In this document: positions 1-16,891 of the stretch, piece by piece
Position numbering within the stretch: position 1 is the first letter of the stretch
Layout of the letters: the number at the start of each line of letters is the position of its first letter
Origin: the human T2T-CHM13v2.0 reference genome, Homo sapiens
Assembly (NCBI RefSeq): GCF_009914755.1
Contig: NC_060939.1
DNA length: 64,000 nucleotides
Reading direction: 5' to 3' (one strand)
The notes under the pieces: model-generated
What the model saw: only the letters and a program-made list of their open reading frames with translations
Database searches by the model: none
What the model was told of the DNA's origin: nothing
Translations under genes and position numbers: made by a program

Positions 1-1551
1 CCCAGCTTCAGCACCACTTCTCACTCCTGCCCTTGCTGGACCTGCAGACTCAGTTCAGAGGGTCTCTGGGGTTGTGCAGGGCAGACTGGTCAGCTACCCC
101 AACTCCCTGTGGCCCCTCCACTCAGACTCTGGGCTCTGGTCTCCTCTGTGCTATATTTCTGACATTGCCTTTCCTCTACTAGCTTTCTATGGTCCAGAAA
201 TTTATTGTAATCTCTCAACTACTGATAATTCCCTCCCATTCATTTTGCTGTCCTGGGATTATACTTTTCATAATCTCCTTATTATCATTTTAATGGGTTC
301 TGGGGAGAGAAGGTATAAATAAGCACAAGTGCTGAATCCTCCATCTTGAACATTAAGTTAATCTCATTCATTTTTCAGTTATAACTTGCATATGCTTAAA
401 AGATAACAGATATTCTATTCTAAGCTCCTTGTCCAAGGGCTCCTATTGGTGGGAGGTTGGAGGTGGGCTTGGCACATTCAGATTTACATCCCAGCTTGTC
501 ACACCCACCCCACCTCCAACACTGAAAGACCTTCCTTGTATGAGCACCACTGCCCCTGACACAGATCTGCCAGGACACTTTAAGGAACTGGCAAACATAT
601 GTGGGGTTTCCTCTTTCCAGGATTTGTTTTAAAGCAAATGAGTTCCATGGCCTTCCCTATAATGCCAGACTACAGGCATTGAGGCATTAAGAGAATGCAC
701 AACTCTAAATCAAGAACACTTTTTGCAGGTTCTATCAGCCCAAGAGAACCTTTTTACTCAAAAGTAAAGCCTGCATGATACCTCCCTGCTTTACAAAGCC
801 TCAAGTTTAAAAATAAACATGGGCATTTGAAGGAGCACAAAAATAGTTTGTGTCCACAGCTTTACATAGCCCAGCGGCACTAGGTATATGCTGGCTCGGA
901 AGAAGCCGAGAGAGGCCACATTCAATAGAAAGTTAGCCCTTGTGAACCTCAAACGAGTGAGACACAAGTGAAGGGAGCCTTTTTTTATGCTTGATTCCCT
1001 TGTACTACACAGGGCCAACTGCACTCCATTCAAACCAACCACAGGTGTCCGCCTGTCCAGCTATTCATGAACAGGTTGTGAAGGCAGCCTTCTGAGCCAA
1101 AATCCAAGTCCTCACTCAGCCTTTGTCTCCACCTAACTTTGTCATCTCCTCCCTATCAATCCCTGCACCCAACCTACAGGCTTAACAGATGTCCCTGCTC
1201 ACCCCATACCTGTGCTTTCCGAGGAGCTGTGCCTTCCTCCAGAATGCCCCCTGCTCATGTCACCCCTGCACTGAGCACACCACCCCCAGGTCAGAATCCT
1301 ACCACCCTTCAGGGCAAAGTGCAAATTGGTCACCTCTTCCATCAGAGGCACGTGGCTCCAACACCAGACTGGGTTCTCTCCCTGGATACCAGCTCTCTCT
1401 ATACCTCACTCGTGGCCGTCATATGTTATTCAGGCTCATCTTTGGGTAGCTAGAGATGTGTTCCCCCCAAATTGGGCTGCAAGTCCCCTTGGGTAGGGAT
1501 CAGGTTTTCATTTCTGGGGCCCCTGTAGTGCCTTGATAAAAGAGGTGCTTG

Positions 1552-2071
<520 letters not shown>

Positions 2072-4703
2072 TCACGCAGGGTATGCTGAGGTACACTGAC
2101 CCTCTCGGCTCCTGGCAGGGCCTGACAGCTGGAACCCTGGCTTATGGTTGATCTTACCATCAACCTCCTTCATTTTCCCCAGTCGGTTGTACAAGTGACC
2201 CTTCCCAATGCGCCCTGCCTGGTCTGAAAGAGGCTGTAAAGCACAGCTCTACCAGGGTAAATTTAAGGGTCATGACTACATCTTACGTGCCGTGTCTCAG
2301 CCAGAATTAAGACAGAGCTTGGCACCCAGGAAATGTGTCAACAAAGAGGTGAGAGAGAGGCGTGCAGACATAGAGAGACAGAGAAAGAGAGAACAAGAGG
2401 TGATGGGAGCAAGCACTCAGTAAAGTTCCTTGTACACTTCTTTGGGTTTGGAAAGAAAAGGTACGGAGTATTGGTAGGTCTTCAGCACACAGAAGTAAGC
2501 AGCTAACAGAAGACCGGCACATTCTCCCGTCACTCTGGAGTGCTTTGGCTGCTGTGTGGGTAACGGGTTAAGATCAATCAGATGTGGGGCTATGGTACTG
2601 GATCTTCTAGAGTTTATTCTCCCTTTGGAAAAGGTTCAATGCTTGACTTTTAGTAAAATGAGGCTGCCAGCAGGTGTCTAGACAGCTGGGGCCCATGTGT
2701 GCTGGCCCTTTTTTTTTTTTTTTTTTGAGTCTGGCCCCAGAACAGCCCCTGCTTGTTCCCATGCACCAGGGACATGTCACTTGTCTTCTCCAAAGGGCCA
2801 CATGGCTTGTGTGTGTAGACTTCTCCCGACTTCACTTTTATCTTCTTCAAGCTTCCATCCTCAGATTGACATGTTTCCATGCACATTTACATCTTAGGGC
2901 TTCAGGGCAATTCACAGTCTGCTCCTAAGAGATCTGTTTTCTAAACAGAAAATGCCTTTCCATGGTCATACGGCAATGCTTGCTAAGATCCGCTCCCCGC
3001 AATCTCAGCAGAACCTTGGAAAAGGTACTTCCTGGAGGTTCTAGTGCTTATTGATCACCTGTTGTGGGCTGGGCATCATGCTGGGCACTGACATACATCT
3101 CACCCAATTTTCCCAACAACCTTGAGAAATCGGCATCTATACTTTGTTTCACAGAGGAAAACAGAAAGGAAAAAAAGATTAAGTAACTTGTCCAAAGCCA
3201 CACATAGCTACTCAGTGACAGTCACCTAAGCCCAACGTGATGCTCCAGGGTCCCTTTACTTTGTTCCATTGTGCATATCATCAGTTATTTCCCACACCTT
3301 TGTTCTACCCACTCTTCTCCCAGACCACCTCAGCCCTTTTCCTCTCCCCCTACCACTATGTTTAGGCTGAAGCCCTTGAGGTGCTCAGCTGATCTTGGGG
3401 TAAACAGGTTCATCCTTATCCATCCCTTACCAAAGCTGTCATCTCAGGCCTTAAGGAATGATTCAGAAATCCCAAGCCTCTCATCAATAGGATCTCCACA
3501 GCCTTTCCCAAAGTCCCACTCAGGAGAAAGCCCAAAAATACTCCTTAAGTTCCCAAAACCTTCAGGTTCCAGCCCAAGGTTTCACAGCCCCTGCAGGTGC
3601 CTCTCACGCCTGTTTAGACCATGTTCATCAACCAGCCATGGGGTCAGTAAGATGGGGCATTAGGCAGGACCTGGTGCCTCAACAGCCAGCCCCCTGGGTG
3701 GCCACACAGAACCTCCATGTGGTCCCCTGGGTCTCTCTGTAGCCACCAGCTACCACAACAGGTCTCTTCCTCCCATGATAGCAGCCTGAACTGCCTAGGA
3801 CCATGTGTGTCAGTTTCAGAGGGTGGCATGCATAAAATGAGGATTCTAGATGGGCTGGAGTTAGTTTGCACTACCTTGGGAAATCCTCTTTCTCTCAAGC
3901 TCCTTGTCCACATTCAGCCCCCAGAACTGTTCAGAGAAATTTCCCTTTGGCTGTGTAACCCTTAAGAGTTCCTTCTTCCCTTTGACCTCCTCTAGCCCAA
4001 CCCACCACCCTCTCAAATGTCACTTCCTCAGGGAAGCCTTCCCAGCCCCTCCATACCAGGTTAGATACCTATTATTTGCTTTCATGGCACCCCATAATTC
4101 TCCTTCAGAACATTTTCACAGCTGGACCACTAGGCTCCTCATTGCCCCTTCTAGATAATTCTCTTCCCCCTCCCTAAAATTCCCCAGCCCTGAATCTCCT
4201 ATCATCAGACTCTGTCAACCACCAACCCCCATGATACTCCCCCTCATTTCTCAATGATTTTAGCTCTAGATCACAGTCCCTCTCTCCTACACTAATCTTG
4301 TCTTGATTCTTTGTGATTTCAATACACACATAGATGGTTCTTCCAGCTGGGCTCAGTTCTTGACCTTCTCTTCTCTTGCCTCTCCAACTCCCTGTCATAA
4401 CCTTTCATTACCAGTAAGTCCAACCCATCTATAATCTTCATGTCATATATCCCACTCCCTGACACTGACACACACTGTCCCAGTCCACACGGGCTGCTAT
4501 CACAAAATACGAGAGGCTGCGTATAGCTTATAAACAACAGAAATTTATTTCTCACAGTTCTGATGAGAGGTCCAAAGTCAAGGTGCCAGTAGATTTGGTG
4601 TCTGGTGAGGGCACACTTTCTGACTCACAGATGGCATACTCTCACTGTATCCTCATGTGATGGAAGCAGCAAGGCAGCTCTCTCAGGCCTCTTTTATAAG
4701 GAC

Positions 4704-5344
<641 letters not shown>

Positions 5345-6035
5345 AGGAACTAATCCCTTTAATGAGGGCTCTACTCCTATGACCTAATCACCCCAACAAA
5401 GTCCCCACCTCCTAATACCATCACATTCATGATTTGATTTCAACATATGAATCCGTGGGGGACACAAACATTCAGGCTCTAGCACATATGATGCCACTCC
5501 CAGCCCAGCCCATACTCCCAGTCATCGACACCTGCCTCTGTTGTGTCCCACAACACTTACCACCTTCTAACATGCCATGAAATTTACTTATTTGTTGTTT
5601 TCATTTAATGCATGTCTCATTAAAATGTAAGCTTCAAAAGGCAAGAATTCTTGTCTGTCTGGTTCATGGATATCATCACTCCCATGAACAGTGCCTAGCC
5701 TACACTAGATACTTAACAAATACTCACTGAATGAGTGAATTATAATTGAGGAATTACTTTTGTAATAATTACTCACCTCTTACCTAGGACGGAGGAGCTT
5801 GAAACTCCCAATTTCTATAGCGATAAAGTGTTGCTTGATTGGGAAACCAGTCCTGGAAACCACACTGCAATTTATATATTTTATATTCCATAATTGAGTA
5901 ATTATTTTTATAATATTCAATTCCCATGTTCCTTGCTATACTGTAAGCTCTACAAGGACAGGGGCAAGTACTCAGTAAATATTAGTTAACTGCGTGAATG
6001 GAGGAGCAAAGTTAGGATGTAAGAAGTGCACTGCT

Positions 6036-6342
6036 GGCTGGGCGCAGTGGCTCACGCCTGTAATCCCAGCACTTTGGGAGGCCAAGGTGGGTGGATCACG
6101 TGAAGTCAGGAGTTCAAGATCAGCCTAACCAACATGGTAAAACCCCATCTCTACTAAATACAAAAAATTAGCCGGGCATAGTAGTGCATGCCTGTAATCC
6201 CAGCTACTTCGGAGGCTGAGGAAGGAGAATTGATTGAAACCGGGAGGCGGAAGTTGCAGTGAGCTGAGATTGTGCCATTGTGCATTCCAGCCTGGACAAC
6301 AAGAGCAAAAACTCCGTCTCAAAAAAAAAAAAAAAAAAAAAA
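6036..6342 (+). mobile_element. Alu (AluS-type)
   Basis: Dimer, poly(A), TSD AAGTGCAC(T/C)GCT. Confidence 0.97.
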
Positions 6343-7285
6343 GTGCACCGCTAGGCTACTTCTGCCCCTCCACGGCAGCATGACTGCCCATGTGGGATGA
6401 CTGCGGGCCCGGCCCAACTCTGTATCCTCTCAACCACTATAGTATTGGCAGTGGTTTCTCTGCTAGAAATGCACTGCTGGCCTAAAGACCAGCCAGAAGT
6501 ACACTACTGGGCTAAATCTATTGTGTGCAAGGGTAACCTCCACCTGGACTGCTTGGACGCAGCTCTCTTCCCACTGGCGGCCACCGCAACACAGGTAACC
6601 TAAATAAAGCTGTTGATTCTGATAACCCCAAGCACAAAACATTGGAAGCCTTTAGAACATGAGAGGTCTGAGCACATAGACTGGTTTCTGTTTCCGCCAT
6701 GCAAATATTTAATTGCATGGATGTAGGGGGAAATGGACTTTACCTGTTACCAAGAACAGTTCCAAAGACTTCCTAAAAATTTTCATTCTAAAACCAGATT
6801 ACCTACTCCAGCTCTCTTTTGGTTAGAAAACAAAAGCAAATAAAAAATAAAAACAGATTACCTAGAAGACTGCAACCATGAATAACCAGCAATAAATACT
6901 TAACAAGATCCTATCTAGGTTCAGATCATAATTTTAGACTGTAACTTCTTCATCAAGCTGCATTCGTTATTCACTAGGTTAGTTTAGCCTTTAATGGGTA
7001 GACTTGCTCCAAGAAAAAGGGCATATAAATAAATTAAACAACCGATTTTTGTAAGATGCATAAAGAACCAAATTTCACTTCTCAAAGTCAGTCTCACCTC
7101 TCACCTAGGATAGAGGAGCTTGAAACTCCCAACTTCTATGGAGATAAAGTGCTGTTTGATTTGAGAAACCAGTCCCGAAAACCACATCACCTTCCCTCTC
7201 ACATTCCCAACAGATGAATCCTATTACAGCCAGGAGAGCCCCATCTACAAAAAAACAGCTGTAACAACTGGCAAAAAAATAAAAA

Positions 7286-7330
<45 letters not shown>

Positions 7331-7740
7331 GTCATGCATCTTTGAGACAATCAACAATGCAGACGACCATCTAAAGTGTGAATCATTGCTGGGTATGGAA
7401 AAGATTCTGATTCAAGGCCAAAAAGAGGGTGAGCAATGTGGGCTTTGGGGAGCTTACAACCCTGCTGTGTGTCAAGATTAGTATCAATACAGCCGATCAT
7501 AGACCCAGCCTAACAGGCTTAACTTATTTGAGATTTAGATTCCTACCACGTAATCTGAATAATGCCTTCATAGAAGTGATCGTAATATACAATCCAACAG
7601 GATCAAAGAACTAAATCATTCTGAGAAACTCTGCTGAAACCTGAGAAAAAGGACCAGGGAGAAGCTGGGAGATAGATGGATGAGAAAGGGAAGACAAGGA
7701 AAACGGCTTAGCAGGTTCTGAGCAAAAGAAATCCATAGGA

Positions 7741-8044
7741 GGCCAGGCACGGTGGCTCACGCCCGTAATCCCAGCACTTTGGGAGGTCAAGGCGGGTGGA
7801 ACACCTGAGGTCAGGAGTTCAAGACCAGCCTGCCCAACATGGAGAAACCCCGTCTCTACTAAAAATACAAAAATTAGCCAGGTGTAGTGGTACACACCTG
7901 TAATCCCAGCTACTTGGGAGGCTGAGGCAAGAGAATCACTTGAACCCAGGAGGCGGAGATTGCAGTGAGCCGAGATCGCGTCACTGCACACTCCAGCCTG
8001 GGTGACAGAGTGAGACTATCAAAAAAAAAAAAAAAAAAAAAAAA
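7741..8044 (+). mobile_element. Alu (AluS-type)
   Basis: Dimer with poly(A). Confidence 0.97.
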
Positions 8045-8099
8045 TCAAAGGAAGCCTCGGCTACTAGCCTCCACCCTGTTACAGGTATGCTAACACAGT

Positions 8100-8476
<377 letters not shown>

Positions 8477-9045
8477 TCATGGAACTATAAAAGTCTCACA
8501 AAATGTGACCCTCTGGGTGACTTCCCTCAGGGTCGGACCACACACATAACCACCAACTTCACTCTGTGTGCTGGCTGTGTGACCTTAACCAAGTCACTCC
8601 ACCTCTCTCAACTCTAGTTTATCCATAAAATGTGAAGCTCAAATGAAATACCGTATAAAGGGAGTCAATAAGTATTAGTTACCCCGGCAGAACTCACTCT
8701 TCCACAGAAACCATGTAAGATACCACAAGGACCGCCTGGCATGACCTGACGTCTGTACAGCATGCCATCCTGCAGCCTCAGAGGTAAGCGTCCGGTGCAA
8801 TCACAGAGTGCACAGACAGCCAGGAAGCAGCTCTGAGATGCCATCACTGCCCCTGAAGGGAGGGTCTTCTGCCTGAAGATAAAGTAGCCTTTTCCCTGCA
8901 CAGATTCTCCAGAAGTTTCCACCAAGTGTACAGAGAAACCACTGCCAATACTATAGTTGTTGGGAGGATACAGACTTGGGCCTGGCCCACAGTCATCCCA
9001 CATGGACAGTCATGTGGCAGTGGAGGGGCAAATTAAGGCCAGCTA

Positions 9046-9486
<441 letters not shown>

Positions 9487-9924
9487 CTTGCATTCTACCA
9501 CATGCCACCTTCATCCTCTTTTATGACATTTCCAGGGTTATGCCAATTTCACCAAATGCCTAAAAGGCAGTATTTGAAGCTGTACCAATTTTTGCTATGA
9601 GGACAACTTCGTCCAGCACCCACAGAGCTCTGCCCTTGAGAGACAGGCCCCCTGGGGCCACAGTGTGACCAGCCTGGGCTGACACTGCCATTCTTAGTGT
9701 ACTCCACTTAATTATTTAAGGCATGAGGCATTGTTTCCTTCTCAAGGCAAAGCTTTCAGAACATTTAAAATTCATGGGAGAAGCCAAGGAGTAGCTTTTT
9801 TTAGCTCCCTCCCTTGAAGCCAGTGATATGGCTTTCAATCAGGCTGTGGGATTCCAATTCCAGTTTTTCAGAATATTTCATCCTTGGTGAAGCATGCCTG
9901 CTTTAAAAAAAAAAAAAAAAAAAA

Positions 9925-10205
9925 GGCCAGGTGCGGTGGCTCATGCCTATAATCCCAGCACTTTGGGAGGCCGAGGCAGGCAGATCACGAGGTCAGGAGA
10001 TCGAGACCATCCTGGCTAACACGGTGAAACCCCGTCTCTACTAAAAATACAAAAAATTAGTTGGGTGTGGTGGCATGCACCTGTAGTCCCAGCTACTCAG
10101 AAGACTGACGCAGGAGAATCGCTTGAACCCAAAAGGCAGAGGTTGCCATGAGCCGAGATCGCGCCACTGCACTCCAGCATGGGCGACAGAGCGAGACTCC
10201 GTCTC

Positions 10206-10236
<31 letters not shown>
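9925..10236 (+). mobile_element. Alu (AluSc/Y-like)
   Basis: gatcacgaggtcaggagatcgagaccatcctggctaacacgg; (AAAAC)n tail. Confidence 0.97.
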
Positions 10237-10580
10237 CTGACAGAAGAAAAAGAGAGGACACTCTCACAAAGTCAAACTCAATTAACCAGCAGTTCTGTCT
10301 CACAGGAGTCACTTTAAATTTACTGAATCTGATTCTGTTAGTGCCAAAGAAAGACAGGAGCCCTAACCATCACTAGGAACACACTGGGTGAGGGGAAGAC
10401 AGGACTTTCTACTACGAGATAAAGCTGTGCTCAAACCCAGGCCTGGGGGGCCTAATTCAGCACTCTTCTCACCCAACTCCATCCATATTATGGAAGACAG
10501 CCCAATGCTAGAGACCATCTAGGTGGGCAAGCAAAGGCCTATGCAGGAGAGCTCATTCCCGAGTAAGATGTAGGGAAGAG

Positions 10581-11006
<426 letters not shown>

Positions 11007-11447
11007 CTAAGATGAGAATTAATGCGCTGCCTCCTGAGCCACACCCCTGAGCCTCCACAAGGGCTTCATCACTCCCGCAAAGCTCGGCCCTCAAGACACT
11101 CTCTCTGAGGATGAGGAAAACCCAGCAATGTTCAAAGCTGTTTACTCCTCAGAACAAGGTTTGGACAAAGCTTTTGGCGGCATCACAGGCCTTCTCCTCC
11201 TGCCTCCTGCCCTGTGCACACCCCAACTGTGAGAGGTGCTCTTAGGCTCCCTCAGATGCCCACACAGAGCCAAAGCTGGGCTCCCTCCCACCGATCTGAA
11301 CCCCACTGGGTGGGTCCACATAGAGCAAGCTCCCCACCACAAACGGCAGCTGGTAATCTACAGGGGGGCGGCTCTCTCCTCCCCGTGCCCTCACTGTCAG
11401 CTCAAGTTGTCCCTTCTCTAGGCTAAGTATGCCCAAGTCCTTTAAAC

Positions 11448-11914
<467 letters not shown>

Positions 11915-12299
11915 AAGAACCCCACCTTCTCATCATTCTCACAGAAACATGCCCAGACCCCTCCTGCTCTGCATTCTCTCCTCCAAATGTCCTTCCATAC
12001 ATCTATACTTAGGGGACCTCTGGTGCCCAGAACCAAACGCAGGGTTCTAGATGGGAGCGGGGCAGGCCCACTGCCTCCTTTCCTACAGTGCTTTCACACT
12101 TCACTAAGGTCTTCAGAGTTTGAGGCAGCATCCTGGCAACCACATCACCAGGGCTGACTCACAGGGAGCTCACCTTCCACTCGAAATCCCCAAGTCTCTC
12201 TCACACTCACGAAAGACCCGCCCCACTCCCCATGCCCAAGACATGAATAGGTGCCATCACTCTACCTTGGGAAGGGGTGGACACCACACTTCCCTGCCA

Positions 12300-14811
12300 C
12301 CCAGCAACACGCAGAGTTCTCCCTGCCCTGGATGTTCCCAAATCTGAGCCGGTCCTTCCCGCTCCCTATCCTCCCACACTCACAGGAAATCCTTCTGGAA
12401 ATCAGCAGGCCTCAGCATCCCTGGCCAGAACACTCTCTTCACTTTCATGCCTTACTGGAAACCAATGAGTCCCTGAGAGCAACACTCCCCACCGCCCCCC
12501 ACATATGCAGAACAGAAAGGGAGGGGGAAGGGTATCCTGGTGGCCCCCATCATGCAGTCCCTCTGTGCCCTGGAGGCGAGGTCATTCAGCCACCTGTTCC
12601 CACCCACCTTCGCCTGCCTCCACGTTACTTTCTGCCACCCACCAAGGGCTTCAGCTCCTGGCCCAGCCTCCTCTTCCGCCCACCACCTGTCACCATCCAC
12701 AGAGATAACCCTCAACACCCTTGACTCAGTTCCTCAGCCTCTTCCACTCCAATGCCTCCTTCCCCATGCTCCTTTAGTGACCCTCACCCACAGCCATACC
12801 CTGGAATCCTCCATCACCTTAAAACATGAGCTGCAGATCCCTTGCTTCCCGCCCACACCACCCATCCTCCCAGTTCCCCGCACATGCATTTCCCATCTCG
12901 CAGAGACCTCCAGGCCACTGATTTACTTCCCCACTCCACCAGCCACCTCCCGGCCTCCCTTTCTTCCTGGGAGGGCCCATGTCCATCCCATGGTCTCTCA
13001 TGGTTACCAATCCCCGGTGGATCCTGCCCCCCTGCCTGGCCGAACCCCAGCCTGATGCCTTCTGCCACCTGCTTCCTCCACACCCACACCCACGCCACTG
13101 GGCAAGGTCAAAACAGGGTGGACAAGTTTCACTTTAAATTCATGTTCTCTGACCTCAAACTGTCACTCTGCAGTGGCCGACAGGCCTGTGTTTCTCTGGT
13201 AGCCTTGCCGCCCACTCCCGGAAAACAATTTCACATCACCTTCTCCTCCAGCTTCCCACACCCTGTCCCCCACTCACGCTCTCTGCTGACGACCCTGCCT
13301 CATACTTCAGATGGAAAAGAAGAGCCACAGATGGGAACTCTGTCTTCCCACCACACCAATCCCGCCTGCATCTCTGTCATGGTGGCCTCCTTCCCTGGGG
13401 CTCTGAACCACAGCCTCTCATCTTCTCAAGGCCTGGGCTCCTCTGCCCCCCGCCTTCAACTGGCAGCGCTCCCCTCACACCTCGCCTGCTGCATCTCCTG
13501 CCTTCAATGCTTCCCTCCGCACCTGCGCCCTCTCATGTATGGTCCTATTTCTCTGCTCCCTTAACAGTCAACTTCTTCAAAATGTGGTCCACATAACCCT
13601 GCTCCCCAGCCTCGCACTCACCTTCCAACCCACCTGGCTCCTGGACCCATCTCAGCAGTGCTCAAACCAATGCCCAAACTCTCCTGCTTAGGACACTTCT
13701 CCACTGGCCACCCTGAGGCCACCACACCTCACTGGCCACTCCTCCTCTATCTTCTCTGCTGGCTCTTCCTCCTCTATGGCCACCTAAAGGATGGGTGTTA
13801 CACACTCAATCCTGAGCCCTCTCCTTCTCTGCCTGCCCTCCCTCCCTGGGTGACCTCACTAGCCTTCTCCCAGCTGACCTCTCGGCTAAGCCACAGATTC
13901 ATACAATTACCTACCTCCTCCCCAGCTCCACCTCCACTCACCCCCTCAACCTGAACCTGTTGATACTGAATTTGACTCCCACACCCCCATCCTAACTTGC
14001 TCCTCTTCCAGACTTCCCTACATCTCCTAGTGGCATAACCTAAAACCCAAAGGGGCCTTCTTTATTCTCTCCCTCTCCCTCATCCCTTATGCCATATCTC
14101 ATCCATCTGAAGGTTCTTACAAATCCATCTGCAAGCCTTCTGTAGAACCCACCCACTTCTGTCTCCTCTGTGACCTTCTCAGCCTCAGCCAGCAACCACT
14201 TTGACCTGGAGACCTTCGATGGGTCTCCTTGCTTCCTTCAACTGTTGTCCCCTTCCACTGCATCCCCCACAGAGCAGAAGTGTGCTCTTCTTAAATCTGA
14301 AGAAGGATCATGCTGCAGCCCTGCTAAAACCTTTCACTTTTATTGAATCATACTGCCCATCAAATAAAACCGCCAGTCCATGCCTCAGCTCAATTTCGTC
14401 CTCGCATACGTCTTTCTCCAATCTGAGACAGGGTGCCCTCCCCTCACTTGCTGCAATCCTGCCCTGCTGGTCTGACTTCAGTCTCTCAAACATTCCAGAC
14501 ATCCCCCTCCTACTTGCAGTCTTTGCACCTGCTCTTTCCTCCACCTAGAACGCTCTGCTCCCTTTCTGCACATGCGGTAGCAGCCTAAATGTCACCACCT
14601 CTTCAGAGGGGCATCTCACAACCACACATTCTAAAGTCGGTCTCAGCCCTTGCTTTTTTCCCTCTGGCACTAAGCACAACCTGCAGTTATTTTATTTGTG
14701 GATCCATTTACAGGTTGTGTTTTCAGGGGAGGGGCCAGGGACAGGTGGAGCTGTCTCCCTCACTAGAATGTAAATTCCACACAGAGAGGGATGGTGTCTG
14801 TTTTGCTCACC
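12300..14811 (+). mobile_element. L2 LINE remnant (long, degraded)
   Basis: Pyrimidine-rich L2-like body ending in cactagaatgtaaattccac...gtctgttttgctcacc; boundaries approximate. Confidence 0.7.
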
Positions 14812-14812
14812 A

Positions 14813-15250
<438 letters not shown>

Positions 15251-16421
15251 TCTGGAAGGCAAGGGTGGGGGAGTCACAGATTATAACAGATTATAACTTC
15301 ATATTATAATTAAATGTTTTATGTGCTAAACAATATAGAGGGGCCTGGACCAAAAATATTCAGGGTACACACAAGACTATTAGGTTGGGTTAGGTTATAG
15401 CAGGCTTGAAATATCCAAGTAATGAGGATGAAGTCATGAATCATCACTACTTAGCTCATGTCAAATATCCATGACATGTGCACATTTGAAGGCCAACACT
15501 GGGATGACAGAGGATGTGTTTCAACATAGTCATACAGCAAATATCCTGCTGCCCCTCCCAACGCCAATGGGTTCCCAGGCCACTGTGAATGACATACAGT
15601 CTAGACATTCTTCTCTGCATAAGACTTCATGCTCTCACCTTCAGCTTTCCCCTTCTCAAACTTAGTGAATGAGACTCAGTGACAGAAACTTGGATTTTGT
15701 TATGGTTTGGTTTCTCTGACTCTGGGCTGCTGCTGGACTGAGTGGGCTGAGGGACAGTGATGTGCAGAAGCAATCAGCCCATATTCCCTGAGTTCCATGA
15801 GACACACGTTAAGTCAGAGAGTTGGGAGGGACACAGATAAGCTGCCCCCACACTGCCTCTGCCCTCCAGGTCAGCACATTAATGTTCGTTCCCTCCAAGA
15901 CATTATCCGCTCCCATGGAGCAAGAAAATCCACTTCTCACAGAGGTTAATAAACTTACAGATCTCATTACTCAAAGAGGTCATGCTGGTGAGAATTTTAA
16001 TGCATTTTTCAGAAAGGGTCTGGAAGAATTAACAACAGAACAATGACTGGCAACTCAGAGAAGTGAGGGCAAAGAGGTGACCAATGGAGACAGAGCAGGC
16101 TCCCCCTCCTCCCACATGGTGTGCCCAGGGCTGTGGATGGCAAAGCACTCCGAGTCCGATCAGGGTGGCTGTCCCTGTGCACCCACCTTCTGGGTCTGGG
16201 ACTGCTTGCATCTGTTCTTACTCCCTGGTTGCTTGGCATGTTGGCACACCATCTACCAGTGGCCACTGGCAGCTTTACAAAGTCACAGTCTTCAATCTTC
16301 AACCGGTCCCTGAAGGCTGTTCTCTAGTCAGTATTTGCTTCAGCTCACTCCTCGCCCCAACCCTACAACCAGCTTTATCAACCCATTTTCCTTCTTGATC
16401 TACCCTCCGGTTCTCAGATCA

Positions 16422-16891
<470 letters not shown>

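Noticed and set aside
12251-13564. Cluster of 157-240 aa ORFs
   Set aside because: Lies in C-rich degraded L2 sequence; Pro/Ser/His/Leu-biased with no recognisable intact domain or splice structure.
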